DNA of 63,668 nucleotides, counting the filler, from Reticulomyxa filosa (Eukaryota > Protista > Foraminifera): the NCBI GenBank assembly GCA_000512085.1. It is 19 parts of 19 records of this genome, joined end to end, with 100 filler letters (N's around TTAATTAATTAA, not from the genome) between each part and the next. Parts side by side here need not be neighbours in the genome. Positions count along the whole stretch, not along the records: positions 12,613 to 14,179 come from ASPP01035294.1; positions 14,280 to 19,166 come from ASPP01009821.1; positions 19,267 to 20,856 come from ASPP01003842.1; positions 20,957 to 22,665 come from ASPP01000209.1; positions 22,766 to 24,073 come from ASPP01027801.1; positions 24,174 to 28,567 come from ASPP01003678.1; 13 more parts are not named here. The stretch is one strand, 5' to 3'. Position 1 is the stretch's first letter; every line of letters starts with the position of its first letter. This document shows, piece after piece, positions 12,613-24,989 of the stretch. The translations under genes and the position numbers were made by a program. A model generated the notes under the pieces. That model was not told the DNA's origin. It ran no database searches and worked only from the letters and a program-made list of their open reading frames with translations.

Positions 12613-14178
12613 TTTATCAAATCTTTGCTTTTTGCAATTTTCAGGTTTAATAAATATAACATTTCGACTGGCCCCCCAATACAATAAATTCTTATTCACT
12701 AATATATCTTTTAATCCTTTTTGATTTTCTCCCAACAAGAATGTTGCACCTTCAAGTAATAATGTCTCATAACTTGTGTTATCAATCACTTTACTTACAC
12801 CACCTTCATCAATTAATTTATCTTTCACATAGTCAATTGCATATTCAATTTGTTTCATTGGATATATTGTCCGTTGTTTCAATATCCATTTACACATTTC
12901 CATCATTTCCAAGTACACTTGTCCATTCTCATTATTTTTATTTTTGTCTTTTCCAATTTTTTTTATCATACATTCAACAGGTGTTTGCAAGGAATCTTCG
13001 TCGAAGGCACCTCCTCGAACATCAATCCATGCACCTTGTCCAATGCAATAACGAGCAATATCCCAATGTTTTTTATGTATTGCCAAAATTAATGGAGCGT
13101 TTCCATATTCATTGAATGCATCATTGATGTCAATACGATGATCTCGTAATGCAGTCAATTGAGACATATCACCTAATTGTGCTAATTCACATACAACATT
13201 ATAGCAACCCTTGGGTTTGCTTGTGTCACAGCGAGGATGTGGAATGTCATTGTCATCAACATTCCATTTCTGTTCTATTGGAAATTTCCATCTAATGGCT
13301 TGTTCATTGCAACACTGTAGTAATTTATTGAAAGCATCAGAATTGATAAGATTTTTATCATTAGAATTAAATTGAATGCGAGGGATATATATCCATAAAA
13401 AGATTGCCAATACTTCCATTTGAATATCATTGAGACTATTCATTTCTTTGTTTCCATTCAATTGATTTTGTTGTGTGTATTTATTATCAATCAATTTTCT
13501 CTTCTCCTTCTTTCTTAGGGTATACATTACAAAGCGTTGGCACATCTCCCTTGACATTAATGATAGTATTTGAATTGCCTTCTTGTCCTTTTTTAAGAAT
13601 TGCGAAAAATATTTCGTAAATAAATACAATTGCTTGTCATTTAAATTTATAAATATGTCATATGCCGCGAGCAGAGTAAGATGTGGGCAACTAAAGTCCA
13701 AATATTTAAGCACTTTGTCCATTTGTTTTTCATTTAATTTCCATGCTATTCCTTCAATTACGTAGGATAAACGGCGAATATATCTATCCTCCGAATATTT
13801 GAAAAAAGAATTAAATATTTGTCTATTTAATTTCCATAAGAATTTAACCAATTCTAGGAAATAATTTGATTCGATAGAATCTGCATCTTTGAACTCATTG
13901 AACAACGACAAGGTATCATTGAATTGTTTTTCCTTGAGTATTGTTAGAGTTGTTTCAAGTGGTTGCCTTAATGATAAAGAGTTTTCATCGATTCCATTTA
14001 ATTTCATTAAAAGTCCCTTAATCGAGTATGCACAATATTTACGAACAAATCCATTTTCCTGTTCATCATTTAAACCATCCACCAAACATTTCAAAGCATC
14101 ATTCAATTGTGATTGACTTAGTTTCACTGCTATACTTCCAATAGATTCTGCACTTGACATTCTAACTAATATGTCTTC
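12613..14178 (-). CDS. HEAT-like repeat plus ankyrin-repeat protein (partial at both ends, intronless here)
   Basis: Open across the whole contig. N-terminal HEAT-like unit VRMSSAESIGSIAVKL..QLNDALKCLVDGLNDE..VRKYCAYSI. Ankyrin repeat DINDAFNEYGNAPLILAIHKKHWDIARYCIGQGAWIDV. Confidence 0.75.
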
Positions 14179-14279
14179 ANNNNNNNNNNNNNNNNNNNNN
14201 NNNNNNNNNNNNNNNNNNNNNNNTTAATTAATTAANNNNNNNNNNNNNNNNNNNNNNNNNNNNNNNNNNNNNNNNNNNN

Positions 14280-15667
14280 TTTCCAGCAAGTAATTGGTTG
14301 TTTTGCCACCCATCAATTGCAACTCATCGTTCATGAATATTTCCACGTATTTCCCAAACCTAGACGAGTTATTGTTTCGGAGAGTTTTTGCATTTCCGAA
14401 TCCTTCCAATATCGGATTCGCGTCGAACACTTTCTTCTCTACACCTGCGACTGATCCTGCGACGGCACCCAAGTAAGAGAGACATTGCTTGGTTGCCTCG
14501 GCATTTTTTTTTTTTTTATTTTAGGAATGACGACAAAACTTATTACAAAAAAATTAAAAAAAAAAAAAAAAAAAAAAGACAACCAAACATAATTTTTCAA
14601 AAATAAAAATAAAATAAAAATGTCGTCGATGTTTGGAAAAAAATTTCTCCCAAACTTTTTCCTGCTCCGGACTCTCCGGATATCACAATGGATTGGTTTG
14701 GACCGCTTTCAAATGTTAAACCCTTGTATGCTTGATCGGCCACCACAAACACGTGAGGAGGCACCTCTCGATGTTCTTCCAAAGAGTTGCGATACTTGCG
14801 AATCATTTGCGGCGTGTACAAATCCAATTGCGTATACGGATTAATGGATATCAAAATTGTACCAATTGCTGACTGTCCAATGTGTATGTGTGTGTGTGTG
14901 TAGAGTGAAGGCATAGTATTTTTTTTTAAAGTTTATTTTATTTATTTATTTTTTTTTTTTTTTTTGGTACATTTTTTTCCCCCCCCCCCCCCTTTTTTTA
15001 ATTATTATTTTTTTTTGTTACAAAAAAATTGTTTAAAATGTATACGTAACATAAATCTTGGCAGCTTCAAACCTCTTTCGCAAGCAATGCAAAATTAAAG
15101 GTACACTCATTTCATCCAATAGTGTTAAATCGGCGACAATGCGCTGCAAACTTGATTTGTTCATGGTGATCAAATCTTTTCGGTTGACATAACGCTCCTC
15201 CCCGGATTCGAGTTCCACTACCACTTGACCGTTGGATTCGTCCAGTTTACGGGCGGGTAAATACACATCCGTTTCATCAGGCACCCATACCCATGCTGAC
15301 TGTTTAATCATCACAATGCTATAGTCATAATTTTTCTAAAATCGCCACCCTCTGCAGACATATAATATACTTTTTTTTTGAAAAAAAATTAAATGGGCTC
15401 CTTAACTGAGCTTTGCTTTTCTTCATCAGTCATCAATTCTTCAGGCTTGTCCCATGTTGTCTCTTGGGTCACACGGTTGAAATAGTAAGCTAACCTGTTT
15501 GTTAACAAGAACGGACGTTAACAACATTTTTCGAACACACCAAACTTTTGTTGGTTACTTCTTCCTTACCCATCTTCTGTTCGCAATTCTTGCCAATCTG
15601 AAAAATTTTCTTCTTCAATATTTTTGTGGGCTTTCCACCACGGCTGACCGGAAGCCTGATTTGACAT
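14280..15667 (-). CDS. Myosin heavy chain, 5' part: WW domain, SH3-like domain and motor (probably class IV)
   Basis: ATG at 15667 gives MSNQASGQPWW..DWQELRTEDG/LAYYFNRVTQETTWDKP (WW), then AWVWVPDETDVYLPA (N-terminal SH3-like), DLTLLDEMS..LRKRF, ILISINPY, PPHVF, GESGAGK and NPILEGFGNAKTLRNNNSSRFGK. Cut by a spacer. Confidence 0.93.
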
Positions 15668-16795
15668 ATTGTCTTACAATACGGAACAGTTTAAATTTTA
15701 AAAGATCCCTTTTCTTCGTTTTCGCGCCAGCTGACTCTTTTTCCTGCTGTCAAGCAAAAAGAATATTAAAACCTAATGCGAGTGTGGTTTCTTTCGTTTA
15801 TATTGTTTGTTGAAAACTCATTGCACAGTACTAAAGTTTAAAAATCTGAACATAAATACTTTTTAATTTCAACTTTATATTTCATGCTGTCTTATCTGAG
15901 CGTATAGCAAACAATTAAATAACCTGTAGAAATTTTTTTTAAGTTGAAGGGGGTTTTTTTGCCGTTGGAAGTTTTTTTTTATTACTTTAAAAGTTTTTTG
16001 TTTGTCTTTTGTAACGTCACAGCAATAAAAACATTTTTTGGTGACATTTTGTACGTTTCGTTGATTGCATTTTACTTTTTTTGTTGAAATCGTTGCGCCC
16101 GCGTCCTCGCACTAAGCCTTTCATGAGACGTATGTATATTTTTGTTTTGTTTGTTAATTTTTGTTGATGAATTTACTGTTTGATTTTAAAATGAAAATAA
16201 TTTCTATTAGCAGAGCATCTGACCACACTTATAAAATATTGTTTAAATCAAAGTAAACTTTTTTTACTGGAGAATTGTTTGTTTTGAACAGGCGGTGCGG
16301 ATTTTTTTAAAAATACTTGCAAGTGTTACAAGTTTTCCAAAGAAAGCTGTACTTTAAAATATGTTGATGTAAAACTTGTAAATAATAAATGATTGAAGGA
16401 ATTTGTTTAAATGTGGTGACGTCTGGTTTTTTTGAAAAATTCAAAATTTTGGGTTGAAGTCTAAAAACTATTTTAGTGTTGTATTTCGAAAAATGTTACA
16501 AAAAGTGAATGCAAAATTCATCTGATGTAAAGGAAAGATGTTGTTTGTGGAGTATAAATATTTTGTTGAGGAAGAACAAAAGCAAAATTCCATTTTGAAA
16601 TTGCAAACCAAAAAAATTATATTGAAGAAAAATTTCAAGATTATACAAAGTTGGTCAGATTTTTTAAAATATGAGTGGTACGCTAATGTTAAACCACCAA
16701 AAAAAAAAACTGATATATTAAAAAAACATGCATGGCATATATTGTTGATTTGTGGTTTATTGCGGACAGTCGTATGCGTTCGCATACAGCAATTG

Positions 16796-17977
16796 TCAGG
16801 CATGGTGACGAACATGCTCTAATTCGTCTTGCAAATCGAAATTTTTATTGTTGACTTGCGGTGATAGCGATTCGGGGTCTTCAATATCATCAGCATCGTC
16901 CCCACTCATTCCAACCCAAGCGCACATCCCGTAAACAAATTCAGGAAACTCAATGGTTTTGTCACCATTGAAGTCTAATTCTTTCAATCGTTCTTGGATC
17001 AGGTCGTCTTCTCTCATGCTGAGAAATGCACTTTTCAGCTCTTCGAAATCAATTTCTTCACTTTTATTTTCATCGATTTGTTCAAAGGCATGACGAACGA
17101 CCTTGTTTTTTTGATCATTGGAAAATTAACACAAACAACATTGCAATTTTTTGAAATGGCTGTCGTTAAGAATACACACAGCACCTTCTCCAACTCAAAA
17201 AGACAATTTTCTCAAAGAAAACTAGAAATCCTTCTCGAATCTCTTGGAAGCGTGTCGAATGATGTTCACCACCTTTTCTCAAAAATAACCCAACCGCGCA
17301 AGCAATCAAAAATTCGCGGAATTCAATCTTTTCATTTCCGCCCAAATTGCTTACTTTTATTATCTCATCGACCTTTGATTCGGTTAGGTCTTCTGGATTT
17401 GCACCCAACTCAATCAACATTTTTTTTACCGATGTCTTTGCGATCCACTTTTCACCTTCGGCATGTTTGTTGAACACTTCTTGTATTGCACGGAATGACT
17501 ACACACAAACCAATTTTTTTTTTTTTACTTTTTTGATTGGTTGATCTTTGTGTGTCATTTATTTCGTTTTTTTTCATTCCGTGTTCCCAACCAAAAATGT
17601 CTTACCCTCCTTATTTTTGGAAACTTCATTGCCACTTGTGCCATAATTGCATTCTGTTCAAATCTCTGGCTTGGCGTTTTCTCGTGTTTCTTGCCCTGTT
17701 TTGTTTTGATTTTTTTAAAAAAAGGGGCAGAATTACAACTCAGAAAAATGGTCGTAGGTTATCTGTTGTCTCCGAATTAGGACTTTAATATAGTTGGAGG
17801 AAAAAATATCTTTCAAACTGATGATAAAGCAATTTGAGTGAAATACTCCTTTTGTGAATGGTGAGATTGCTCATCCACTATGCTCAACATCGATCTTTTA
17901 ATATCGCTCGACTTTCGTCGACGGTTTGCAGCTTGGCTGCGGTTGAAGGAAGTAGGTTTAGTACAACAACTACCCAT
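16796..17977 (-). CDS. Four-EF-hand calmodulin-like protein with an N-terminal MGSCC acylation motif
   Basis: ATG at 17977 gives MGSCCTKPT. Later exons read AQVAMKFPKIRR/SFRAIQEVF.., with EF loops NLGGNEKIEFREF, DENKSEEIDFEEL and DFNGDKTIEFPEF. Stop at 16796. Architecture resembles plant CML21/22-type proteins. Confidence 0.82.
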
Positions 17978-18420
17978 TTTATGCAATAGACGCTTTTATT
18001 GAAGAATTAGTAGGTACGTCAGGGACTTTTTGTTATTTTATTTGATTGGCAAATGCAACTTTTTCGAACTTGAACTTTTATTCAAGTATCCCACTCTGTT
18101 ATCAACCATACACTGTTTTAAATGCGTTTTTATTACTGTTTGGGGTTGACACACTATTAAAAGTTCATTAGATACAGAACTTTGAAGCTTTCAATACGTT
18201 AACTCTTTGGCGTAATTTAATCTTTAAGTTTGTCTAACCATGTTGCAGAACAAGCAATGCAAATAATGCCAAAAATTTTATTTCTATGAACAAAAAGTGA
18301 AAAGCACAAAAATAATTGTTTTTTTAGAGCACGAAGTACTTTTGTAACTGCAAAAGCTAGTAACACGCTTTGTGTTGTCCCTCCTTCAAAAAAAAAAAAT
18401 TCGATACCATTGATTCAAAA

Positions 18421-19100
18421 ATGAAACCGCGATCATATATCCTTTCATTTTGTTGCTTATTGTTTATGGTGCTTTCAATAACTCTTTTTGTGAATCTAAG
18501 CACGATATATTATAAGAAACAGTTACACGTTCGTCTTCCCTTGACACAATCAAACGACGCAAAGGGAGTAATTCTTCCATATTTGTCAGGAAGCGCAACA
18601 GAAAAGCAAATATCTTCTAATTACCAGCGTGTGCGTTATTTCTTCCCACCAAAAAACGTGTCAGCACTAAATAATACTCAGAGCGCGAAAGATAGACATT
18701 GCGACTACAAGGTTGAGTCAAACATTAATACGACTCTGAGTATACTGAGCAATATGAAAGCATTGGATTATGCGCCCTATTTCAACTGTGTCAATAATCC
18801 AGAGCTATTTTCATTTGCAAAAAAAAGCAGTACAGGAGTAAGCAATGAAAAAACATACGAGCAGAAAAAGAAAATGATATCATGTCAACCAGCATGGCCT
18901 TTTCAATTTGTATACGTAATGACACAATTGTTAGCTCCGACCTCTCATATTTTGACCATGGATGCATCATTTTCATTTGACACTTTATGGTTTAATTTTT
19001 TTTTGGAAAGCCCAGAGCAAATAGTCTCTGTTCAATCTGATTCTATGTGGATGCAAACTTTGGAGTCTTACATTACAAATTTTGACTTCAACGATAAGGT
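18421..19100 (+). CDS. Type II membrane (signal-anchor) protein, 5' exon, possibly methyltransferase-like
   Basis: MKPRSYILSFCCLLFMVLSITLFVNL hydrophobic anchor. The ORF is open to a GT donor at ~19100. HILTMDASFSFDTLWF is only weakly like SAM-binding motif I. Confidence 0.55.
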
Positions 19101-19266
19101 GACTCTCTTTCCAATTAATATTTGGATTATTTATTTATTTGTATTTTCATTTTTTTTTTTTTTTTTNNNNNNNNNNNNNNNNNNNNNNNNNNNNNNNNNN
19201 NNNNNNNNNNTTAATTAATTAANNNNNNNNNNNNNNNNNNNNNNNNNNNNNNNNNNNNNNNNNNNN

Positions 19267-20026
19267 AAATTATTTTTTCTTCCCCAAACTAATAAGTTCA
19301 ATTTTTCCACGACATCCAGAAATACTTCATTTTTTTTGTAAGAAATTCCTTCTTTTCGCCAAGGCACTTTTCCAGTAATACTTGCCGTTAAATCAACAGC
19401 TTTGGCAGAACTTTCACCAAACTCGAGTTTGTGCTTTTCCTGCACACAAATATAGTCTTTCAACATTTTCGGATCAGTGTGTTGGGGGTACCCAAAATCG
19501 CACATTTCATCAAACAGTTCATATATCAACACAAAGTTATCTCGAATTGATTCTTGTTCTAAGCCGCCAAAATAATCCTCAAACACCTACTCTCTCCGTA
19601 TATTCATTTGTTGCAATCATATTTTGCCAATTCGTCACAATTTATATCAAAAAAAAAAAGTATAGACAAATTCGCACCTCCACGATTTTGTACAGGAAGC
19701 TTAATATCAGCATCACATTCGCATTTTTCTGGGTCACGCTCAATACTTATTTTTATTTGTTTGTTCGCTTGTTTATGTTTTGAGGCTACTTTTTACTTTT
19801 TTTTGTTTGCTTGCTTGTGTTACGCTTAACTGAAGAGGTCATTGTGCTCGACATAAACAAAGGTAATATCATTTTCCAAGATTATTGGTCGACGTTCAGC
19901 ATCTTCTGTTTCTGCCAAAATACGCCGAAACTCTTCTGAGACGGACAATGGGATTTTACCCCGATAATTTCTTGATATTAAAGGCTTGCCTTTTTGATCA
20001 GTAATAAAAACACCGTGAGCGGCCAT
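19267..20026 (-). CDS. AP1M: AP-1 adaptor complex mu subunit (5' part)
   Basis: MAAHGVFITDQKGKPLISRNYRG...VFEDYFGGLEQESIRDNFVLIYELFDEMCDFGYPQHTD...VPWRKEGISYKKNEVFLDVVEKLNLLV. Multi-exon and cut by a spacer. Confidence 0.93.
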
Positions 20027-20386
20027 CAATTCACCACACTTGCTACCAATTTAATTATTCTAAAAAAAAAGCCTCCTTAGATTTCAACGTTCGATTAACC
20101 TTTTTTTGAGCCGAAATACTGCAACTTTACTTTTGTCGTTGTTGTTAACAAATCTTGATCTAGCTTCATTTAATATAGTACGAGCGACGAGTTAAGTTTA
20201 TCCTACGCTAATAATAAAATCTTCCAAGTTGCGTAAGCTGCTGAAAAGATTGCATGCAAACAAAAGAAAAAAAGCAAAACAACCAAAAAAAAATGAGATT
20301 TGTACAAGAGCATTTTCGCAAGAATGGTTCTAAAAAAAAGAATCAGAAGGGGGGGGTGGTGTGTGGAGGTGGGAATAATCGAAACG

Positions 20387-20790
20387 CTAGACAATGCCAG
20401 TGTCCTTGACACTATTAAAGAGAAAAACGGATTTGGCAGAAGGCCCCCGTTCTTGCAGAGGTCTGATGCCAATGGACGCTCGACCATCTGGTAAGAGCAC
20501 AACAGTATAACTTCCCCTGACGTGTTTTTTAAGTTCGGGTGGCAACACTGTTCGGTGAAGCTGTTTGCTTTCATCCACTACAACTGGAGAGCCAGTGTTT
20601 TTGTCATAATATCCAGAGCTACGCTTTTCAATATTTCTCACCGTCAAATGTAAGTCACTCAACATTAGCTCTCCATTGCTCCCGATGCCGGCTATGCCTT
20701 CCAACTTCTGTTCCTGAAGTTTCCTTAAGCCTTCCATGCGAATCGGAAAGGCGTCTTCTTTGGCTTCCTTTACTTCCTTTGTTATCCATT
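20387..20790 (-). CDS. Terminal exon of a hypothetical protein
   Basis: Open frame EAKEDAFPIRMEGLRKLQEQKLEGIAGIGSNGELML...KDTGIV*, with coding-like composition. Confidence 0.55.
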
Positions 20791-22059
20791 ATTATTGTCA
20801 TTGTCGTTGTCGTTATCGTTGTGATTGTTGTTGAAGAGAAGAGCAAATAAAGATATNNNNNNNNNNNNNNNNNNNNNNNNNNNNNNNNNNNNNNNNNNNN
20901 TTAATTAATTAANNNNNNNNNNNNNNNNNNNNNNNNNNNNNNNNNNNNNNNNNNNNGCGGTTTTTTTGCAATCTACTGTATATGATTTAATAAATGGTAA
21001 TTGATTATTGGTTTAAACCATTTGGAAACATAGAACGAATCAAATATTTCGTCAAGTACTTTTATTTTTTATGTTATCATACTTAATCTTTTCATTACAA
21101 TCAATTACATGACATATAAAAAATTTATACTAATTTTTTTTTGTTTGCCTATAAAAAAAGGACTTTCGTATGATTCGTTTCCTTAGTGCTGTGAGCAACA
21201 CGCACGAGAGTGGACAACCGAACAATGCGAAAGTTAATCTGGTAATAAACGATAGAGATAAAAAGGAGCTTTTTTTATTACCTAATCAATATAACATATA
21301 CGCATATATGTATATATCATCATATGTAATTTGCACACCCATGTAAGTATATATAATTTGTATGTATATTATTATCCCATCATTGCACTTTACATCGCTT
21401 TTAAAATACACTTTCTATCTTCTATTTTAGATTTAAAAAATTTGACAAAGAATACATCACTCCAGTTATAACTAAATAAAAGAGATATTCGATTGAATAA
21501 AAATCTTTCCTCTCAACATTTTTAATCCATTTTCTTTTTCAAATAATTGCATTATCCGCTTTTTGTAGTTTTATTTTAAAAATTAAATTGCTTTTTTTGT
21601 ATTAACATCACACAAGATCTCTAATAAAGACTAACATATTTGCTTAAATGAAACAAAAAAACGCACATAATTGAGTGAAAAATTAATCGGTCAAATCTCT
21701 TTGAAACATGAACAACGACAAAGTATTTGATTATTGTATCGAGAACGTTTCACAAACTATCATACAAAGGCATAATAATATTACAGCAAAGATCTTTAAC
21801 GATATTTATTTGTTTTATGATCATAATACTTTAATCACTTGTTTGTAAAAAGACAAGCAGTGAAAACGTGCTATTATTGAAAAAAATTGGATTTAACTAA
21901 AGTCATTTTGAAATCTTTTAGAAGATGCCTCAAATTAAAGTAGTGTTTTTATATTGAATGATTTCCATTACTCTTATTATTTTTTTGTACATAAAAGAAT
22001 TTTGTTTGTCTGTTGAAAAGTTAATTTAGATTACATCTTGAAATCATTATAAACCTTAT

Positions 22060-22215
22060 TTATGATTTATTGTTCACTACACATTATCCAAAAAATGTTG
22101 AAGTAATTGATTTGAAAACAATGAAATCATTGACTGGAATCAAAAATAACATTTACCAAAAGAAAACCATATATTTGGAATTGATTTCATTGTTTTGTGC
22201 CATTGACAATAAATT
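22060..22215 (+). pseudogene. Degenerate remnant of a repetitive (Kelch-like) protist gene family
   Basis: DLLFTTHYPKNVEVIDLKTMKSLTGIKNNI..FGI..HCFVPLT with frameshifts. The family assignment is from recollection only and needs a search. Confidence 0.3.
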
Positions 22216-22765
22216 TTTGTTATTGAAAAAATGATATGCAGCAAGTATGAATGGGGGTCGTCCAACGAAAAACTTGTGTCCCTTAAACATTCTTTTTAGG
22301 ACATTCAAGATTGAATCGTATTGAACCTTGCTTGCAAGATAATCTGCTACAAAAACCTACTCACTTTTCGCCGCAGTATCAATAATGAAAGCAGGTTTGA
22401 AAAATTGTTCCTACGTTTTTCGTTTGTGGGCTAAAAAAAACAAACAAAATTGATTAAAATAAAAACGATAGTAATTGAAAAACCAATTATTTTTGAAACG
22501 AACGTATTTTAACACGTTTGACGTATACGTCGTTGGAATGCAGAAAGAAATATCAACTCAATTTGTTCATGTGACCAACCATATTAACATTTTTTCCTCC
22601 TCCCCCCCCCCAATTCGTCTCGGTCATCATTTTGAAAACATAATATTGTTTATGTTTGACATAAGNNNNNNNNNNNNNNNNNNNNNNNNNNNNNNNNNNN
22701 NNNNNNNNNTTAATTAATTAANNNNNNNNNNNNNNNNNNNNNNNNNNNNNNNNNNNNNNNNNNNN

Positions 22766-23128
22766 CAAGAGGATGGGTTCATTATATGATACACAAGCCG
22801 GGTAAATTTTGTTTTTTAAAAAAAAAAAATTAAAAAAAAAACAAATAAAATAAAATAAATAAATTAAATAGAACCACACATTTTATTATTTCGTCGACCA
22901 GTAAATACTGATTCCGCAACAGGCAAATCAGCACCAGATTGGAAACCTCCTTGCCGATTGACGGAACGGGAAATACAAACTTGGTTGAATGTCAAACAAG
23001 CACATATTTATTATCAACAGTTTCCCAACAAAGAAAATACAACCAACGACGAAAACACCTTTTCCAATGAAAATTCCTCTGGTCAGGCACAATCTTCCTT
23101 GAATAATGCCAATACATTACAAAAGTAG
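22766..23128 (+). CDS. CKS1: Cyclin-dependent kinase regulatory subunit (Cks1/Suc1), 3' part
   Basis: RGWVHYMIHKP-(intron 22802-22872)-EPHILLFRRP is the Cks signature, followed by a long C-terminal tail ending at TAG 23128. Not captured by the ORF track. Confidence 0.92.
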
Positions 23129-24989
23129 TCTATTTCTTGTTGCCAACACGCCTTTTTATTATTATAAAAAAAGTGAGCGAAAGAAATCCCCCTTTTTTGT
23201 GTGTGTTTTGATGTGTTGAAAATGTAAAAAAGAGAAATTGAAGATAGGAAGAAAGGGGGGGGAAAATATTTAATTGCTGATATTTTTTTTCGGATTTTTT
23301 CGGGGTTTTTATTTAAAAAAAACACTTTTTTTCATTGATTTTTGTTTGGATCCAAATGCTTTTGTTTTTGTCAACAAGTCCGAAATAGTCTTTGTTGAAT
23401 TGTCACAGCTAACGAAACTACTTATAAAATAGATTTCTCAATGTACGTTCTTGCTGTGCTGCTTTTTTTCTCTTGTAATTATGACCAAATAGATAGCATA
23501 AGCTACATTTTGAGTTTAGCGGAGAGACAAATTAAGCAGAAAAACTCCATTGCCATCATTATCACCAAGTAAAAGGGACTGACATTAAACTAAAACTGTC
23601 AAAGACAGGCCACAGACATCATTCCAAACAGGTTGGAATTTTATAAAAAATTTTCAAAACTTTATGAGATTAAAAAACACAGTCAAATCAATAAGTATAA
23701 TCAAACAAACAACTTTGCATGCAACTAGTCTTACCACGTTGATTTAGATTGCAGTTGAATATTGTTTTCTTTTCAATTTTCCTTACTTTGTTTCATGTCT
23801 TGGAAAGTTGAAAGATGACAATGATATTGTGACAATCGATCTGCACTGAAACATTTTGTAATTTTGAAGTAAAACTGTGTTATTTTTATCTTATTCCATT
23901 TTTGTGCTTTATGCTTGCTGTGTCCTGCTCAGAACGAAGTGAACGAATTCAGTGTACGATTAATGCTTGCTGCATTGTGTCCTTAAAATAATAAAAGCTT
24001 TTTGTAGCACAAGTTGCTTACTTTTAGAACAATATACTTTGCAAAACCAAAGCAGGACGTTAACAAAAACACANNNNNNNNNNNNNNNNNNNNNNNNNNN
24101 NNNNNNNNNNNNNNNNNTTAATTAATTAANNNNNNNNNNNNNNNNNNNNNNNNNNNNNNNNNNNNNNNNNNNNTTACAGCTGCAGCCCTCTTTCCAAACA
24201 AAATAAAAAATGTATACGTACCCTCCCTCCAAAGAAAAATTTCGGGGTTGAAGCCACCTCAGTATTCAAAAAAAAAAGAAAGGTTTATTTTTTATTTTTT
24301 GTTTTTATTTTTTTAATAAAACGTATGTTTGTGTTGAATAGGCATGCCCCCTTCAAAAAAAGTGTTTTTCCTCTTCCCCTTCTCGTGCAAAGAAAAAAAA
24401 AGTATAGGAGATTGGAATTAGAGCTTATAGCTCCAAGGCAAAAGTATGTTGTTTTTTTTTGTTTTTTTAAAATGAAAAAATTTGATTTGTGATTTACAAA
24501 TAGGAGTCGTAGCAAAACAAGATTTGAAGTTTTTTTATTTTTGTTGTTTATTTTTTTATTTCTATTTGGGATAAGAGGAAATTGAAAAAAGGGATTGCAA
24601 AGTGGTGGGAAAGATTGGGAAAAAATTGTGAAAATATTGGGAAAATATTGTGAAAAAAATGAAAAAATGAATGTAAAAAATGGAGAAAAAATTTTATTTA
24701 ATAAAAGAATGAGAAAATAGAAAAAATAAAAAGAATGCAAAAATTGAAAAAAATAAAAAGAATGAGAAAAAAAGAAAAAAACAAAATTGGCAATTGGAAA
24801 AAAGTAAAAAAAGATTAAAAAGATAATAAATAAAAAAAAGTTTTAAAAGTAAAAGGGAAAAAGAGTGGAAATGAAAAGAATAATGAAGAAAAAAGAAGAA
24901 GAAAAGAGCAAAGACTGTTCGCTCGTTGTGAAGCGTCTTAATTTGGTGAAGTTTGCTCAAACTCAAGACAAGCAACAAAGCATGAAGAT

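Noticed and set aside
9801-19166. Apparent cytoskeletal cluster (gelsolin, myosin, EF-hand; with alpha-kinase and coronin elsewhere)
   Set aside because: Apart from myosin and EF-hand, these genes lie on different contigs separated by artificial spacers, so there is no evidence of linkage.
24174-24960. Long hydrophobic minus-strand ORFs (24285-24740, 24694-25131) as membrane proteins
   Set aside because: They are Phe/Leu-rich only because the plus strand is low-complexity A-rich sequence.
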